Positions 46,029 to 55,779 of a DNA stretch of 64,000 bases are shown one piece after another. The stretch comes from Rhodospirillaceae bacterium (GTDB lineage: Bacteria; Pseudomonadota; Alphaproteobacteria; GCA-2731375), in the NCBI GenBank assembly GCA_018660265.1, contig JABJKS010000106.1, forward strand, positions 1,144 through 65,143, given 5' to 3'. The notes under the pieces are model-generated. The model saw nothing but the letters and a program-made list of their open reading frames with translations. It did no database searches and had not been told where the DNA came from. The translations under genes and the position numbers were made by a program. How positions within the stretch are numbered: position 1 is the first letter of the stretch; every line of letters starts with the position of its first letter.

Positions 46029-47138
46029 TTAGCCCCAGACATCGTCGGCAACTTCGACGATCAGGCGCAGTTTGGCAATCTCATCCTCCACGGTAATCTT
46101 GTTGCCGTGATGGGTGGAGGAGAAACCGCATTGCGGACTAAGGCAAAGGCGGTCCAGATCAATATACTGGGCTGCCTCGTCAATCCGCCGTTTCAATGTG
46201 TCCTTGGCCTCAAGCTCGGGCGTTTTCGTGGTGACTAGGCCCAGGACCACCAACTTGTCTTTCGGCACGAACCGCAAGGGTTCGAAGCCGCCCGCCCGCG
46301 CGCTATCATATTCCATGAACAGGGCGTCGATATTGACTGTATTGAAAACCCTCTCCGCCACCGGCTCGTAACCGCCCTGCGCCGCCCAGGTACTTTGAAA
46401 ATTACCCCGGCACATATGCATGGTGGTGGAGACATCTTCCGGCAAATCACGGATGGCATCGTTCAGGGCCTGGGCATAGGTCAGGGCCAGCTCGTCCGCA
46501 TCGTCGCCCCTGGATTTCAGATTGGCACGAATGTCGTCATCGCACAGGTATGCGTAAGAAATATCGTCCAGCTGTAGATAGCGGCAACCCTGGTCTGCCA
46601 GATCGCCCAATTCCACCCTATAGGCCGCTGTTAAATCAGCCCAGAATTCGGCCAGGTCAGGATAGGCTGCCTGCGAGATGCCCTCGCGTCCGGCCCTAAA
46701 ATGCGCCATAGAGGGGCCGGGCACGGTGAATTTCGCCATCCGGTCCGTCAAACCATTGAGGTAGCTAAAATGGTCCACCATGACGGGCTTTGTGCGGGCC
46801 AGTTTGCCGGTGATCATGGCCCGGGGTGGTTGTTCCTCACTGCCCTGAAAGGTGCCTTTGTCCAGGGGTTCGCCCAATTCAAACCCGTCAAAACCGCTGA
46901 GGAAATCAAAGTGCCACCAGGTGCGGCGGAATTCCCCATCCGTGATGCCTTGCAGACCAAGGCTTTCCTGAAGCGTCACCACTTCGCGAATGGCAGCGTC
47001 CTCAACCGCGCGCAAAGCCATAGCATCGATCTCACCCCGCGCTGCCTTGGCACGGGCCTCGTGCAGGACGGCTGGGCGCAACAGGCTGCCCACATGGTCA
47101 GCGCGGAAGGGAGGTTTCTGTCGTTTAGTCGGCATCAA
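46029..47138 (-). CDS. Cobalamin-independent methionine synthase (MetE C-terminal domain-like) family protein
   Basis: A 369 aa protein. The N-terminal motif ADHVGSLLRP and the overall CIMS/UroD-like pattern are present. Confidence 0.6.
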   Translation of the reverse strand: MMPTKRQKPPFRADHVGSLLRPAVLHEARAKAARGEIDAMALRAVEDAAIREVVTLQESLGLQGITDGEFRRTWWHFDFLSGFDGFELGEPLDKGTFQGSEEQPPRAMITGKLARTKPVMVDHFSYLNGLTDRMAKFTVPGPSMAHFRAGREGISQAAYPDLAEFWADLTAAYRVELGDLADQGCRYLQLDDISYAYLCDDDIRANLKSRGDDADELALTYAQALNDAIRDLPEDVSTTMHMCRGNFQSTWAAQGGYEPVAERVFNTVNIDALFMEYDSARAGGFEPLRFVPKDKLVVLGLVTTKTPELEAKDTLKRRIDEAAQYIDLDRLCLSPQCGFSSTHHGNKITVEDEIAKLRLIVEVADDVWG

Positions 47139-48057
47139 TCACCGCCTGGGCGTCTTTTGGATCGACGGCAAAGTCCAGGCCCGCGCGTTCCTGTTGCAAC
47201 AGCATGGACACCCGGCTATCCCGGTCTTCCCAGCCCCGGCCCAGGGCCTCGGTCATTTCCGCAACCGTCTGGTCGATCAGGCGCATGGGCACACCCATTT
47301 CACGGCCCAGTTCAGCCGCTAACGATACGTCCTTGTGGGCCAGCTTCAGGGCAAAGCTGGGGGGATCGTATTGATTGATCAGGTAATGTTCCGCGAGGCT
47401 GTCAAAAGTACGCTGCCGCCCCCTGGCACCTTGGCGCACCGCCTCGAACAAGGCCAATGGCTCAACCCCCGCTTTCACGCCAACGGAAAAGACCTCCGCC
47501 AAGGCCGTTTGGATCGCGTATCCAGCCGCGTTATGTACCAGCTTGGCCACCGACCCGGCACCGATCTCGCCAATATAGCGGACCTGATCACCCAGGGCGT
47601 CCAGAGCACCGCGATTGGCTTCGAATATGGCTTTGTCACCACCGACCCAGATCGCCAGCTTGCCTGACGCCGCCCCCTTCGGGCCGCCACTGACCGGGGC
47701 ATCGAGGCAGTGCATGCCCCGTTCCGCCATTACAGCTGCCACTTTCCGCACCGTGGTGGGGGAGTTCGTGGAGAGATCAAAATAGACCGCGCCCGGCTTC
47801 ATGCCCGCGATCAGGCCATCCGCCTCATCCAGGGCCACGGACTCAACTTCCCGTGGGCCCGGCAGGGAGGTCAATATGACGTCTGATGCAGCGGCCAATT
47901 CCCGTGGGGTTTCGGCCCATTTGGCACCTGCCTTCAGGTGCGGTTCGGCAACCTGGCGATGCAGATCGCTGACGGTCACATCCATGCCTGCCTTGATCAG
48001 GTTGGTGGCAAAGCTGGCCCCCATGGTGCCCAGGCCGATAAATCCAATTTTTGTCAT
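47125..48057 (-). CDS. NAD(P)-dependent 3-hydroxyisobutyrate dehydrogenase (beta-hydroxyacid dehydrogenase) family oxidoreductase
   Basis: Contains the Rossmann motif IGFIGLGTMG. 310 aa. Confidence 0.8.
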   Translation of the reverse strand: MTKIGFIGLGTMGASFATNLIKAGMDVTVSDLHRQVAEPHLKAGAKWAETPRELAAASDVILTSLPGPREVESVALDEADGLIAGMKPGAVYFDLSTNSPTTVRKVAAVMAERGMHCLDAPVSGGPKGAASGKLAIWVGGDKAIFEANRGALDALGDQVRYIGEIGAGSVAKLVHNAAGYAIQTALAEVFSVGVKAGVEPLALFEAVRQGARGRQRTFDSLAEHYLINQYDPPSFALKLAHKDVSLAAELGREMGVPMRLIDQTVAEMTEALGRGWEDRDSRVSMLLQQERAGLDFAVDPKDAQAVIDAD

Positions 48058-48072
48058 TTTACCAATTACTCC

Positions 48073-48381
48073 CTAATCCTGGCCTTCGAATACTTCCAAC
48101 GCGACACGTCCCGCGTTCACCGCCGTCGGCCACCCGGAATAGAAGGCAAGGTGGGTAATCAGGCCAAACAGCTCCTCTTTGGTGACGCCGTTGTCTACGG
48201 CGCGGGCCATGTGACCTTTCAACTCTTCGGTCCTGTACAGTGCGATCAACACTGCCACTGTGGCCAGGCTGCGGTCACGTTTTGATAGCTCCGGCTGCTC
48301 CCAAACGTCACCGAACAGAACCTCGTCCCGCAATTTTCCTAGTTGGGGGATTAGATCATAAGGTGTTTTCTTCGCTGCCAT
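48073..48381 (-). CDS. Carboxymuconolactone decarboxylase family protein (PcaC-like gamma-CMD)
   Basis: A 102 aa protein with the typical short CMD domain. Confidence 0.65.
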   Translation of the reverse strand: MAAKKTPYDLIPQLGKLRDEVLFGDVWEQPELSKRDRSLATVAVLIALYRTEELKGHMARAVDNGVTKEELFGLITHLAFYSGWPTAVNAGRVALEVFEGQD

Positions 48382-48480
48382 GGCTCGCTCTCCTACATTA
48401 TCTGGTATTGTTTGTTTCTGACAAGATCATGGCACGGATCATGGCATTCTGGGGCTGTAATAAAAAGGGTCGGTTCAAAT

Positions 48481-49416
48481 ATGGCGCACATCTTGGTAAC
48501 GGGAGCCTCTGGATTCGTGGGCGCGGCAGTGGTTGCGGCCCTGGCGGCGCGAGGGGATCAGGTCACGGCGTTTGATGTTGCGCTTTCCCCGGCCCTGCAA
48601 AAGATAGCGGCACAGCATGACAACGTGCGCCCGGTTATCGGCGAGGTAACGGAGTGCCCGACAGTGATGGCGCTGTTTCAGGCCGACCTGCCTGATTGTG
48701 TCTTTCACGCAGCCGCCATCGTGGGTGTCGTTGCCTCCGTCAGAACGCCGCTACGGACGTTTGCGGTCAATGTCCAGGGCAGCATTAACCTGTTTGAGGC
48801 CATGCGCCTGTTCGGGACCACCCGTATGGTGCATATGAGTTCGGAAGAGACCTATGGCCCCTTCGAAAGCCCGGTGATCAACGAAGACCACCCGCAAAAC
48901 CCCATCCACCCCTACGGGGTATCAAAGTTGTCGGTGGAGCATCTGGGCCGTGGCTATCGGGAACAATATGGCCTGGAGGTTATTCATCTGCGCGCCATTT
49001 GGGTCTATGGCCCGGATCTGCCCCGCGCCCGTGTGCCCAATACGTTCATCAATGCGGCCATGGCGGGGGAAGCATTCCACCAGCCGTTTGGCGCGGATTT
49101 TGTCTGCGATCATACCTATATCGATGATGTGGTTGATTTGGCGCTTTTGGCTATCGACAAGGAAAATCATGCTTATGATGCCTACAACGTCGGCACCGGC
49201 CAAGGCGTCAGTCTGCGCCAGATCGCCGAGATCGCCGCAGACCTGGTGCCCGGCGCGCAATTAAGCGTTGGCAACGAACCCTTCCGCCACGGGGATGCCA
49301 GCTTCAACGTTGAATGCGTGCAAAAAGGCGCCCTGGACATCAGCCGGGCGCGGGACGCCTTGGGCTATGACCCCAAATACGATATCCGAAAAGGCTTGGC
49401 GACTTTCCTGCCCTAA
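48481..49416 (+). CDS. NAD-dependent epimerase/dehydratase family protein
   Basis: The start is set at ILVTGASGFVGAAVV. An extended SDR fold follows, with YxxxK (YGVSK). Confidence 0.7.
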   Translation: MAHILVTGASGFVGAAVVAALAARGDQVTAFDVALSPALQKIAAQHDNVRPVIGEVTECPTVMALFQADLPDCVFHAAAIVGVVASVRTPLRTFAVNVQGSINLFEAMRLFGTTRMVHMSSEETYGPFESPVINEDHPQNPIHPYGVSKLSVEHLGRGYREQYGLEVIHLRAIWVYGPDLPRARVPNTFINAAMAGEAFHQPFGADFVCDHTYIDDVVDLALLAIDKENHAYDAYNVGTGQGVSLRQIAEIAADLVPGAQLSVGNEPFRHGDASFNVECVQKGALDISRARDALGYDPKYDIRKGLATFLP

Positions 49417-50231
49417 CCTTTTACCCGCACATTGGGCGGCACATCGAGGCGCGCCACGATACCTTCCAACGCGGGGCTGGGTGCGGGATAGCGTTCCAGG
49501 ACCGCCGGATCGTGCCCCGGTACGATGTGGCTGTTGTCAGGGGCCAGGGCGCGTAGCTTGCGGTGGCTTTCCATCATCTCAAATAGGTTTTCGTGGGTCA
49601 GAAACGGCGTTTCCTCCTCAAAACTTTCGTAATAATGCGCCACGTCTGAGGCCAGGACGACCGGGCCCCGTTGGGTTAGGACGCGCACGGCCTGCAAGCC
49701 CCGGGTATGGCCGGGCAGATGATGCACGGTGACGCCTGGGGCGATCTGTTCCTCGCCGGCGTGAAAGACCACCCGGTCGCCATAGGTCAGGCGGACCATT
49801 TCCAGCACATCATCCAGGCGGAAGGCGTGGCGCAGGCCAACATGGGTCATGGCCCGCCCGGTGACAAACGACATCTCCTCATCCTGGATGTGAAAGCGGG
49901 CTTTCGGGAAAAGTTCCAAATTGCCCGCGTGGTCATAGTGCATGTGTGTGATGATGACGTCTTCAATCTCGTTGGCATCTATATCCAACAGCGCCAGACC
50001 TTCTACCGGGGAACGCAGGAAACTGCGGCCGCGACCCTCACCCTCCGCCTTGCCATAGCCCACATCGATGACGATGGTGCGTTGCTCACTGCGTATGACC
50101 CAGATGTAATAGTCCATGGCCATGGGCGCATCGTGGGGGTCGCCGTGCACGAACATGGTGCCCCTCTCACCCATACGGTCGCCGTATTTAATGGCGTAAA
50201 TTTCATACGTCTCGTCAGTCTTGTCCGGCAT
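49413..50231 (-). CDS. MBL-fold metallo-hydrolase, N-acyl-homoserine-lactonase (AttM/AiiB)-like
   Basis: Contains the HxHxDH motif ITHMHYDHAG. The start is set at the ATG at 50231 (MPDKTDETYEIY) with the RBS agaggaa. The longer ORF-track start is upstream. Confidence 0.7.
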   Translation of the reverse strand: MPDKTDETYEIYAIKYGDRMGERGTMFVHGDPHDAPMAMDYYIWVIRSEQRTIVIDVGYGKAEGEGRGRSFLRSPVEGLALLDIDANEIEDVIITHMHYDHAGNLELFPKARFHIQDEEMSFVTGRAMTHVGLRHAFRLDDVLEMVRLTYGDRVVFHAGEEQIAPGVTVHHLPGHTRGLQAVRVLTQRGPVVLASDVAHYYESFEEETPFLTHENLFEMMESHRKLRALAPDNSHIVPGHDPAVLERYPAPSPALEGIVARLDVPPNVRVKG

Positions 50232-50288
50232 GGCTATTCCTCTGCTGATCATTGCAAAAGTAGTGTAGCATTGTCCGTCAGTAGGGGG

Positions 50289-51266
50289 ATGTCTATGCGA
50301 TATATTATATACGGTGCCGGTGGCGTTGGCGGGGTTATCGGTGCGCAATTGTTTCAAGGTGATGTGGAGGTGGTATTGATCGCCCGCGGCGATCATCTGG
50401 CCGCCATTCAACGGAACGGCCTGCGCTACGAAACGCCGGAAAAACCAATGACCCTACCGATTGCAGCGGTCGGCCATCCGAATGAGATTGAATTCCGCCC
50501 CGATGACGTTGTCATCCTGACCATGAAGACCCAGCATACGGAAGCCGCCTTGGACGACCTGCGCGCCGCAGCTGGTGATGAAATTCCCATTTTCTGCTGT
50601 CAAAATGGCGTAGCCAATGAACGCATGGCCCAGCGCCGGTTTCAAAATGTCCACGCCATGATGGTTTATCTGCCCGCAATGGCGTTGGAACCGGGCGTGG
50701 TACAAACCCATGCCAGTAGGAAGACCGGCGTTCTGGATGCCAGTATCTATCCCACGGGCAGCAATGATCTGGTTGCCGAAGTCACGGGAGCGTTGGACAA
50801 AGTGAATTTCTCCGCCGTGCCGAATCCTACCGTGATGCGCTTTAAATACGGCAAGCTGATCATGAACCTGGGCAACGCCATGGCCGCCGTATCCCCCCCC
50901 GGCGACGAGACGAAGGAAATTCGCGGTCTGATGCGGCGCGAGGCAGAGGCTTGTTTCCAGGCAGCCGGCATCGATTACGCCAGCCCGGCGGAGGAAAAGG
51001 CGCGCCGGGGTGATTTGATGAAATCCGCGCCTGTGGCGGGTGAAGACCGGGGCGGGGGGTCATCCTGGCAAAGTCTGGTGCGGGGCACGGGAAATATTGA
51101 GGCGGATTATCTAAACGGCGAAATTGTCATGCTGGGGCGTCAATACGGCATACCGACCCCGGCCAATCTGACCCTACAGCGCCTGGCCAACAGGCTGGCC
51201 GCAGAACGCGGCGCGCCCCAGAGTATTCCGCTGCAAGAGTTGCTACGGCAAATAGATCAAACTTGA
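50289..51266 (+). CDS. panE: 2-dehydropantoate 2-reductase (ketopantoate reductase, ApbA/PanE family)
   Basis: Contains the motif IIYGAGGVGGVIGAQL and the ApbA domain organisation. The longer upstream ORF overlaps the convergent MBL gene and is rejected. Confidence 0.7.
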   Translation: MSMRYIIYGAGGVGGVIGAQLFQGDVEVVLIARGDHLAAIQRNGLRYETPEKPMTLPIAAVGHPNEIEFRPDDVVILTMKTQHTEAALDDLRAAAGDEIPIFCCQNGVANERMAQRRFQNVHAMMVYLPAMALEPGVVQTHASRKTGVLDASIYPTGSNDLVAEVTGALDKVNFSAVPNPTVMRFKYGKLIMNLGNAMAAVSPPGDETKEIRGLMRREAEACFQAAGIDYASPAEEKARRGDLMKSAPVAGEDRGGGSSWQSLVRGTGNIEADYLNGEIVMLGRQYGIPTPANLTLQRLANRLAAERGAPQSIPLQELLRQIDQT

Positions 51267-51276
51267 ACGAGGGAAT

Positions 51277-54200
51277 ATGACCATGAGCCTGAAACAGAAA
51301 ATATCCAAGATCATGGTCGCCAATCGTGGTGAAATCGCCATCCGGGTCCTGCGCGCGGCCAATGAATTGGGCTTGCGCACCGTGGCCGTCTTTGCCGAGG
51401 AAGACAAGTTGGCCCTGCATCGTTTCAAGGCCGATGAGACCTATCAAATCGGCGCCGGTCTGGGTGCCATCAGGGCCTATCTGTCTATAGAGGAAATGAT
51501 CCGCGTGGCGCGGGAGGCCGGTGTGGATGCGATCCATCCCGGCTATGGCTTCCTTTCGGAAAATCCGGACTTCGCCGATGCCTGTGCCGCGGCGGGGATT
51601 ATCTTTATCGGCCCGACACCGGATATCATGCGCCGCCTGGGCAACAAGGTATCGGCCCGGAACGTCGCTGTGCAGGCTGGCACGCCGGTGATGCCGGCCA
51701 CGGGTCCCTTGTCGACGGACCCAGGTGAGATACGCCGCCAGGCCGATAAAGTCGGTTATCCCGTGATGCTAAAGGCGTCGTGGGGCGGCGGCGGGCGCGG
51801 CATGCGGGTCATCGAGGATGAGGGCGCGTTGTTGGAGGAAGTGGAGGCTGGCCGAAGGGAAGCCGGTGCCGCCTTTGGCAATGACGAGGTCTATTTAGAG
51901 AAACTGGTGCGCCGGGCCTTGCATGTGGAGGTTCAGTTGCTGGGCGACCATCACGGTAATGTGGTGCATCTGTTCGAGCGGGACTGCACGGTGCAGCGGC
52001 GCAATCAAAAAGTGGTGGAGCGCGCGCCCGCGCCCTTCCTTAGCGACGCCCGCCGCGAAGATCTTTGTCAGGCGGCCCTGCGCCTGGCCCGGCAATCGGG
52101 CTATGTGAATGCGGGCACGGCAGAATTCCTGATGGATGCCGATAACGGCGAATTCTACTTTATTGAGGTCAACCCCCGCATTCAGGTCGAACATACGGTG
52201 ACCGAGGAAGTGACCGGCATTGACATCGTCAAGGCACAGATCCGTATCGCTGCCGGTGCCCGTATTGGTGATGTCGCGGCATCGGGTGTGCCTGCCCAGG
52301 AAGACATCCACCTGCGTGGCCATGCCCTGCAATGCCGGGTCACGACGGAGGATCCGGAGCAGAATTTTATCCCCGATTATGGCCGCATCACAGCCTATCG
52401 CGGGGCAAACGGTTTCGGCATTCGCCTGGATGGGGGCACCGCCTATTCCGGTGCGGTGATCACCCGCTATTACGACAGTTTGCTTGAAAAGGTTACCGCC
52501 TGGGCCCCGACGCCGGGGGAAGCCATCGCGCGGATGGACCGGGCCCTGCGCGAATTCCGTATTCGCGGCGTCACCACCAACCTGACCTTTGTCGAAGGCC
52601 TGATCAATCATCCGAAATTCAAAACGGCCGACTATACGACACGCTTTATCGACGACACGCCGGAGCTGTTTAAGCTGAGCCATCGTCGGGACCGGGCAAC
52701 GCGCCTGCTGCGTTTCATCGCCGATGTCACCATTAACGGAAATGACGAGGTTGCAGGCCGCCCCAAGCCGACCACCTCACGCATACCTAAAGTACCGGCG
52801 CGTCTTGTAGAGGTATTGCCCAAGGGTACGAAGCAGTTGCTGGATGATCTGGGCCCGGAGAAATTCAGCGCCTGGATGCTGGCACAGGATCGATTGCTGG
52901 TGACAGACACCACCATGCGTGATGCCCACCAATCCTTGTTGGCAACACGCATGCGCACCTATGACATCGTCCAGGTGGCGGATGCCTACGCCCACAATCT
53001 TCCGCAAATGTTTTCCCTGGAATGCTGGGGCGGGGCCACATTCGATGTGGCCATGCGCTTTTTGAACGAAAGCCCGTGGGACAGACTGCGTCAAGTAAGG
53101 GCCAAGGTGCCGAACATCCTATTACAGATGCTGTTGCGCGGCGCCAACGGCGTTGGCTACACCACTTATCCCGACAACGTGGTGCAGGAATTCGTCAAAC
53201 AGGCGGCCAGCTCCGGCGTTGATCTGTTCCGGGTCTTTGACAGCCTGAACTGGGTCGAGAATATGCGCGTCGCCATGGATGCGGTATTGGAAAGCGGCAA
53301 GCTGCTGGAAGGCACGATCTGCTATACAGGCGATCTGCATGATCCGGCCCGCCCGAAATATGACCTGAAATATTATGTGACGATGGCACGGGAGCTGTCG
53401 GCTGCAGGCAGTCATATCATCGGCCTGAAGGACATGGCAGGTCTGGCCAAGCCTGATGCCATCACCACATTGGTGCGGGTGTTGAAAGAAGAAACCGGCC
53501 TGCCGGTGCATTTTCACACCCATGATACCTCCGGCATTGCAGCCGCGAGTGTATTGGCGGCATCAGCCGCGGGTGCCGATGCGGTTGATCTGGCTATGGA
53601 TAGCCTGTCGGGCTTAACATCACAGCCCAATCTGGGCTCTGTCGTCGGGGCCCTGCGGGGGCGGGAGCGTGACCCCGGCATCGACGCCGGTCAAATCCGG
53701 GCGTTTTCCGATTATTGGGAAGGGGTGCGGGCGCAGTACGCCGCGTTTGAAAGCGATCTGAGGTTTGGCGCGTCCGAGGTCTATCTCCACGAAATGCCCG
53801 GCGGGCAATTCACCAATTTGAAGGAACAGGCGCGATCCTTAGGGCTGGAAGAACGCTGGCACGACGTGGCCCGGGCCTATGCGGACGTCAACGACATGTT
53901 GGGTGATATCGTCAAAGTCACACCGTCGTCGAAGATGGTCGGCGATATGGCGTTGATGATGGTCAGCGCCGATATCAGCCGGGATGAGGTGCAGGACCCG
54001 GACAAGGAAATTGCCTTTCCTGACTCCGTACGCTCCTTCTTCAGGGGTGAACTGGGCCAACCGCCCGGCGGATTTCCCAGCGCCCTGCAAAAGAAGGTCC
54101 TGGCAGGTGAGGCGGCAATGACCGATCGCCCCGGCGCCAATGTGCCATCTGCTGATCTGAACGCTTTGCGGGCGGAGGCAGAGAAAAAGATTGCCCGGCG

Positions 54201-54744
54201 GGTCTCGGATGAGGAATTCAACGCTTATCTTATGTACCCGGACGTCTTCACGACCTACGCCGCCCACCGCCGCGAATACGGCCCCGTGGATGTCCTGCCC
54301 AGCAATACTTTCTTCTATGGCATGCAGCCCGATGAGGAAATTTCCGTGGAATTGGAGGCGGGCAAAATCCTGGTCATCCGCTATCAGGCTATGGGCGAGA
54401 CGGATGAAGATGGCTTTGTGAAAATGTTTTTTGAACTCAACGGCCAGCCCCGCACCATCCGTGTTCCGAACCGGGAGATTGCAGCTTCGGTCGAGCGTCA
54501 CCCCCAGGCGGAGGAGGGCAATCCCGATCAGGTAGCAGCGCCCATGCCCGGCGTCATTGGTACCATCGCGGTGACCCAGGGTCAGGACGTGGAAAGCGGT
54601 GATTTGTTAATGAATATCGAAGCCATGAAAATGGAAACCGCTATCCGTGCCGCGCGCCCCGGTCGCATCCACGCCATTGCCGTAAAAGCCGGTATGTCGG
54701 TGGATGCCAAAGACCTGTTGTTGGAATACGCCCCGTCCACCTGA
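51277..54744 (+). CDS. pyc: Pyruvate carboxylase (single-chain: biotin carboxylase, carboxyltransferase and biotinyl domains)
   Basis: A 1155 aa protein. The N-terminus IMVANRGEIAIRVLRAANELGL is the biotin carboxylase domain. The central TIM barrel has the HFHTHDTSG metal site. The C-terminus has the biotinylation motif EAMKME. Confidence 0.9.
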   Translation: MTMSLKQKISKIMVANRGEIAIRVLRAANELGLRTVAVFAEEDKLALHRFKADETYQIGAGLGAIRAYLSIEEMIRVAREAGVDAIHPGYGFLSENPDFADACAAAGIIFIGPTPDIMRRLGNKVSARNVAVQAGTPVMPATGPLSTDPGEIRRQADKVGYPVMLKASWGGGGRGMRVIEDEGALLEEVEAGRREAGAAFGNDEVYLEKLVRRALHVEVQLLGDHHGNVVHLFERDCTVQRRNQKVVERAPAPFLSDARREDLCQAALRLARQSGYVNAGTAEFLMDADNGEFYFIEVNPRIQVEHTVTEEVTGIDIVKAQIRIAAGARIGDVAASGVPAQEDIHLRGHALQCRVTTEDPEQNFIPDYGRITAYRGANGFGIRLDGGTAYSGAVITRYYDSLLEKVTAWAPTPGEAIARMDRALREFRIRGVTTNLTFVEGLINHPKFKTADYTTRFIDDTPELFKLSHRRDRATRLLRFIADVTINGNDEVAGRPKPTTSRIPKVPARLVEVLPKGTKQLLDDLGPEKFSAWMLAQDRLLVTDTTMRDAHQSLLATRMRTYDIVQVADAYAHNLPQMFSLECWGGATFDVAMRFLNESPWDRLRQVRAKVPNILLQMLLRGANGVGYTTYPDNVVQEFVKQAASSGVDLFRVFDSLNWVENMRVAMDAVLESGKLLEGTICYTGDLHDPARPKYDLKYYVTMARELSAAGSHIIGLKDMAGLAKPDAITTLVRVLKEETGLPVHFHTHDTSGIAAASVLAASAAGADAVDLAMDSLSGLTSQPNLGSVVGALRGRERDPGIDAGQIRAFSDYWEGVRAQYAAFESDLRFGASEVYLHEMPGGQFTNLKEQARSLGLEERWHDVARAYADVNDMLGDIVKVTPSSKMVGDMALMMVSADISRDEVQDPDKEIAFPDSVRSFFRGELGQPPGGFPSALQKKVLAGEAAMTDRPGANVPSADLNALRAEAEKKIARRVSDEEFNAYLMYPDVFTTYAAHRREYGPVDVLPSNTFFYGMQPDEEISVELEAGKILVIRYQAMGETDEDGFVKMFFELNGQPRTIRVPNREIAASVERHPQAEEGNPDQVAAPMPGVIGTIAVTQGQDVESGDLLMNIEAMKMETAIRAARPGRIHAIAVKAGMSVDAKDLLLEYAPST

Positions 54745-54911
54745 TTAGAGCGGAATGATCTGGAGAAATTTTGAATTAATGGCCGTCGCTCTCGCGACCC
54801 AAATGATTGCCTCTCACCAATCCCAGCGGCTCATTGTTAAGGTTATTGTCGGGAAAAGGGCTGGAATTCCTGGCGTCCTGGAACGGGTAAATTAATGAAA
54901 AAGGAGAAAAC

Positions 54912-55682
54912 ATGAAAAAAATTCACATTCATTATTTTATCACGACAAGCGCTCTTGCTGCCGCGATGACATTTGTTGCGGCCCCGTCCCTAGTGCCGTC
55001 TTTGGCCCGAGCCGACGGAGAGCCGCCTATGCGGACTGAAATTTGGGATATTGCCCGTGGCGGCCGACTCTACGATAAATGGTGGGCCGTTCTGGAGATC
55101 GCCCCCCCCAAGACGACCCATCCGGCCTATCCTGCCGCCGGCAAGAAGAAAGGTTCCGGCACCTGGCGCTGCAAGGAATGCCACGGGTGGGACTACAAGG
55201 GTAAGGATGGCACCTACGCCAAGGGCTCGCACTTCAGCGGCGTCAAAGGCGTGCGCGGCGTTGTCGGTATGGATCCCGACAAGATCCACCAAATTCTGAT
55301 GGACGACACCCACGCCCTGAAAAATACCGGGATCAGCCACAGCGCGATGGAGAAGATGGCGGTCTTCCTGTCCCGCGGACAGATTGATGTCGATCGCTAC
55401 ATCGACCGCAAGACCAAGGTTGCGAGAGGCAATCCCCGTCGTGGTGCGCAGTTTTATCAAACGGTCTGCGCCGTCTGCCACGGCTTTGATGGCAAGGAGC
55501 TTAACTTCAAGGACGAAAAGTCACCCGAGTACGTCGGAACGGTCGCCGTCAAAAACCCTTGGGAGGCTCTGCACAAGATACGCTTTGGCCAGCCCGGGGT
55601 CGGGATGATCGCGTTGACCGTCCTCGACATTGAGGACTTGGTCGATATCGTGGCTTATACCCAGACATTGCCAACGAAATAG
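54912..55682 (+). CDS. Dihaem cytochrome c (periplasmic)
   Basis: A signal peptide plus two CxxCH haem-binding motifs (CKECH, CAVCH). Confidence 0.75.
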   Translation: MKKIHIHYFITTSALAAAMTFVAAPSLVPSLARADGEPPMRTEIWDIARGGRLYDKWWAVLEIAPPKTTHPAYPAAGKKKGSGTWRCKECHGWDYKGKDGTYAKGSHFSGVKGVRGVVGMDPDKIHQILMDDTHALKNTGISHSAMEKMAVFLSRGQIDVDRYIDRKTKVARGNPRRGAQFYQTVCAVCHGFDGKELNFKDEKSPEYVGTVAVKNPWEALHKIRFGQPGVGMIALTVLDIEDLVDIVAYTQTLPTK

Positions 55683-55779
55683 CGAAGATTTCTCCAACCG
55701 GGGCCGGGTCGCCGAACAAGTTGGCTATCTGGCCTTCGGTGGAGGATGCGCTTACCCCCGGGGCGAATTTCGCCCGGTA

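Noticed and set aside
45192-46238. 348 aa plus-strand ORF spanning three minus-strand genes
   Set aside because: It crosses gene boundaries of well-supported CoxM, CMD and MetE-like genes and has no motif support.
49707-50288. 5-prime extension of the ketopantoate reductase ORF (519 aa version)
   Set aside because: It would overlap the convergent MBL hydrolase gene by more than 500 nt. The conserved Rossmann N-terminus IIYGAGGVGG begins right after the internal start near 50289.
51895-54501. Minus-strand ORFs of 262 aa and 220 aa inside pyc
   Set aside because: Antisense to the pyruvate carboxylase gene, whose frame is unambiguous.
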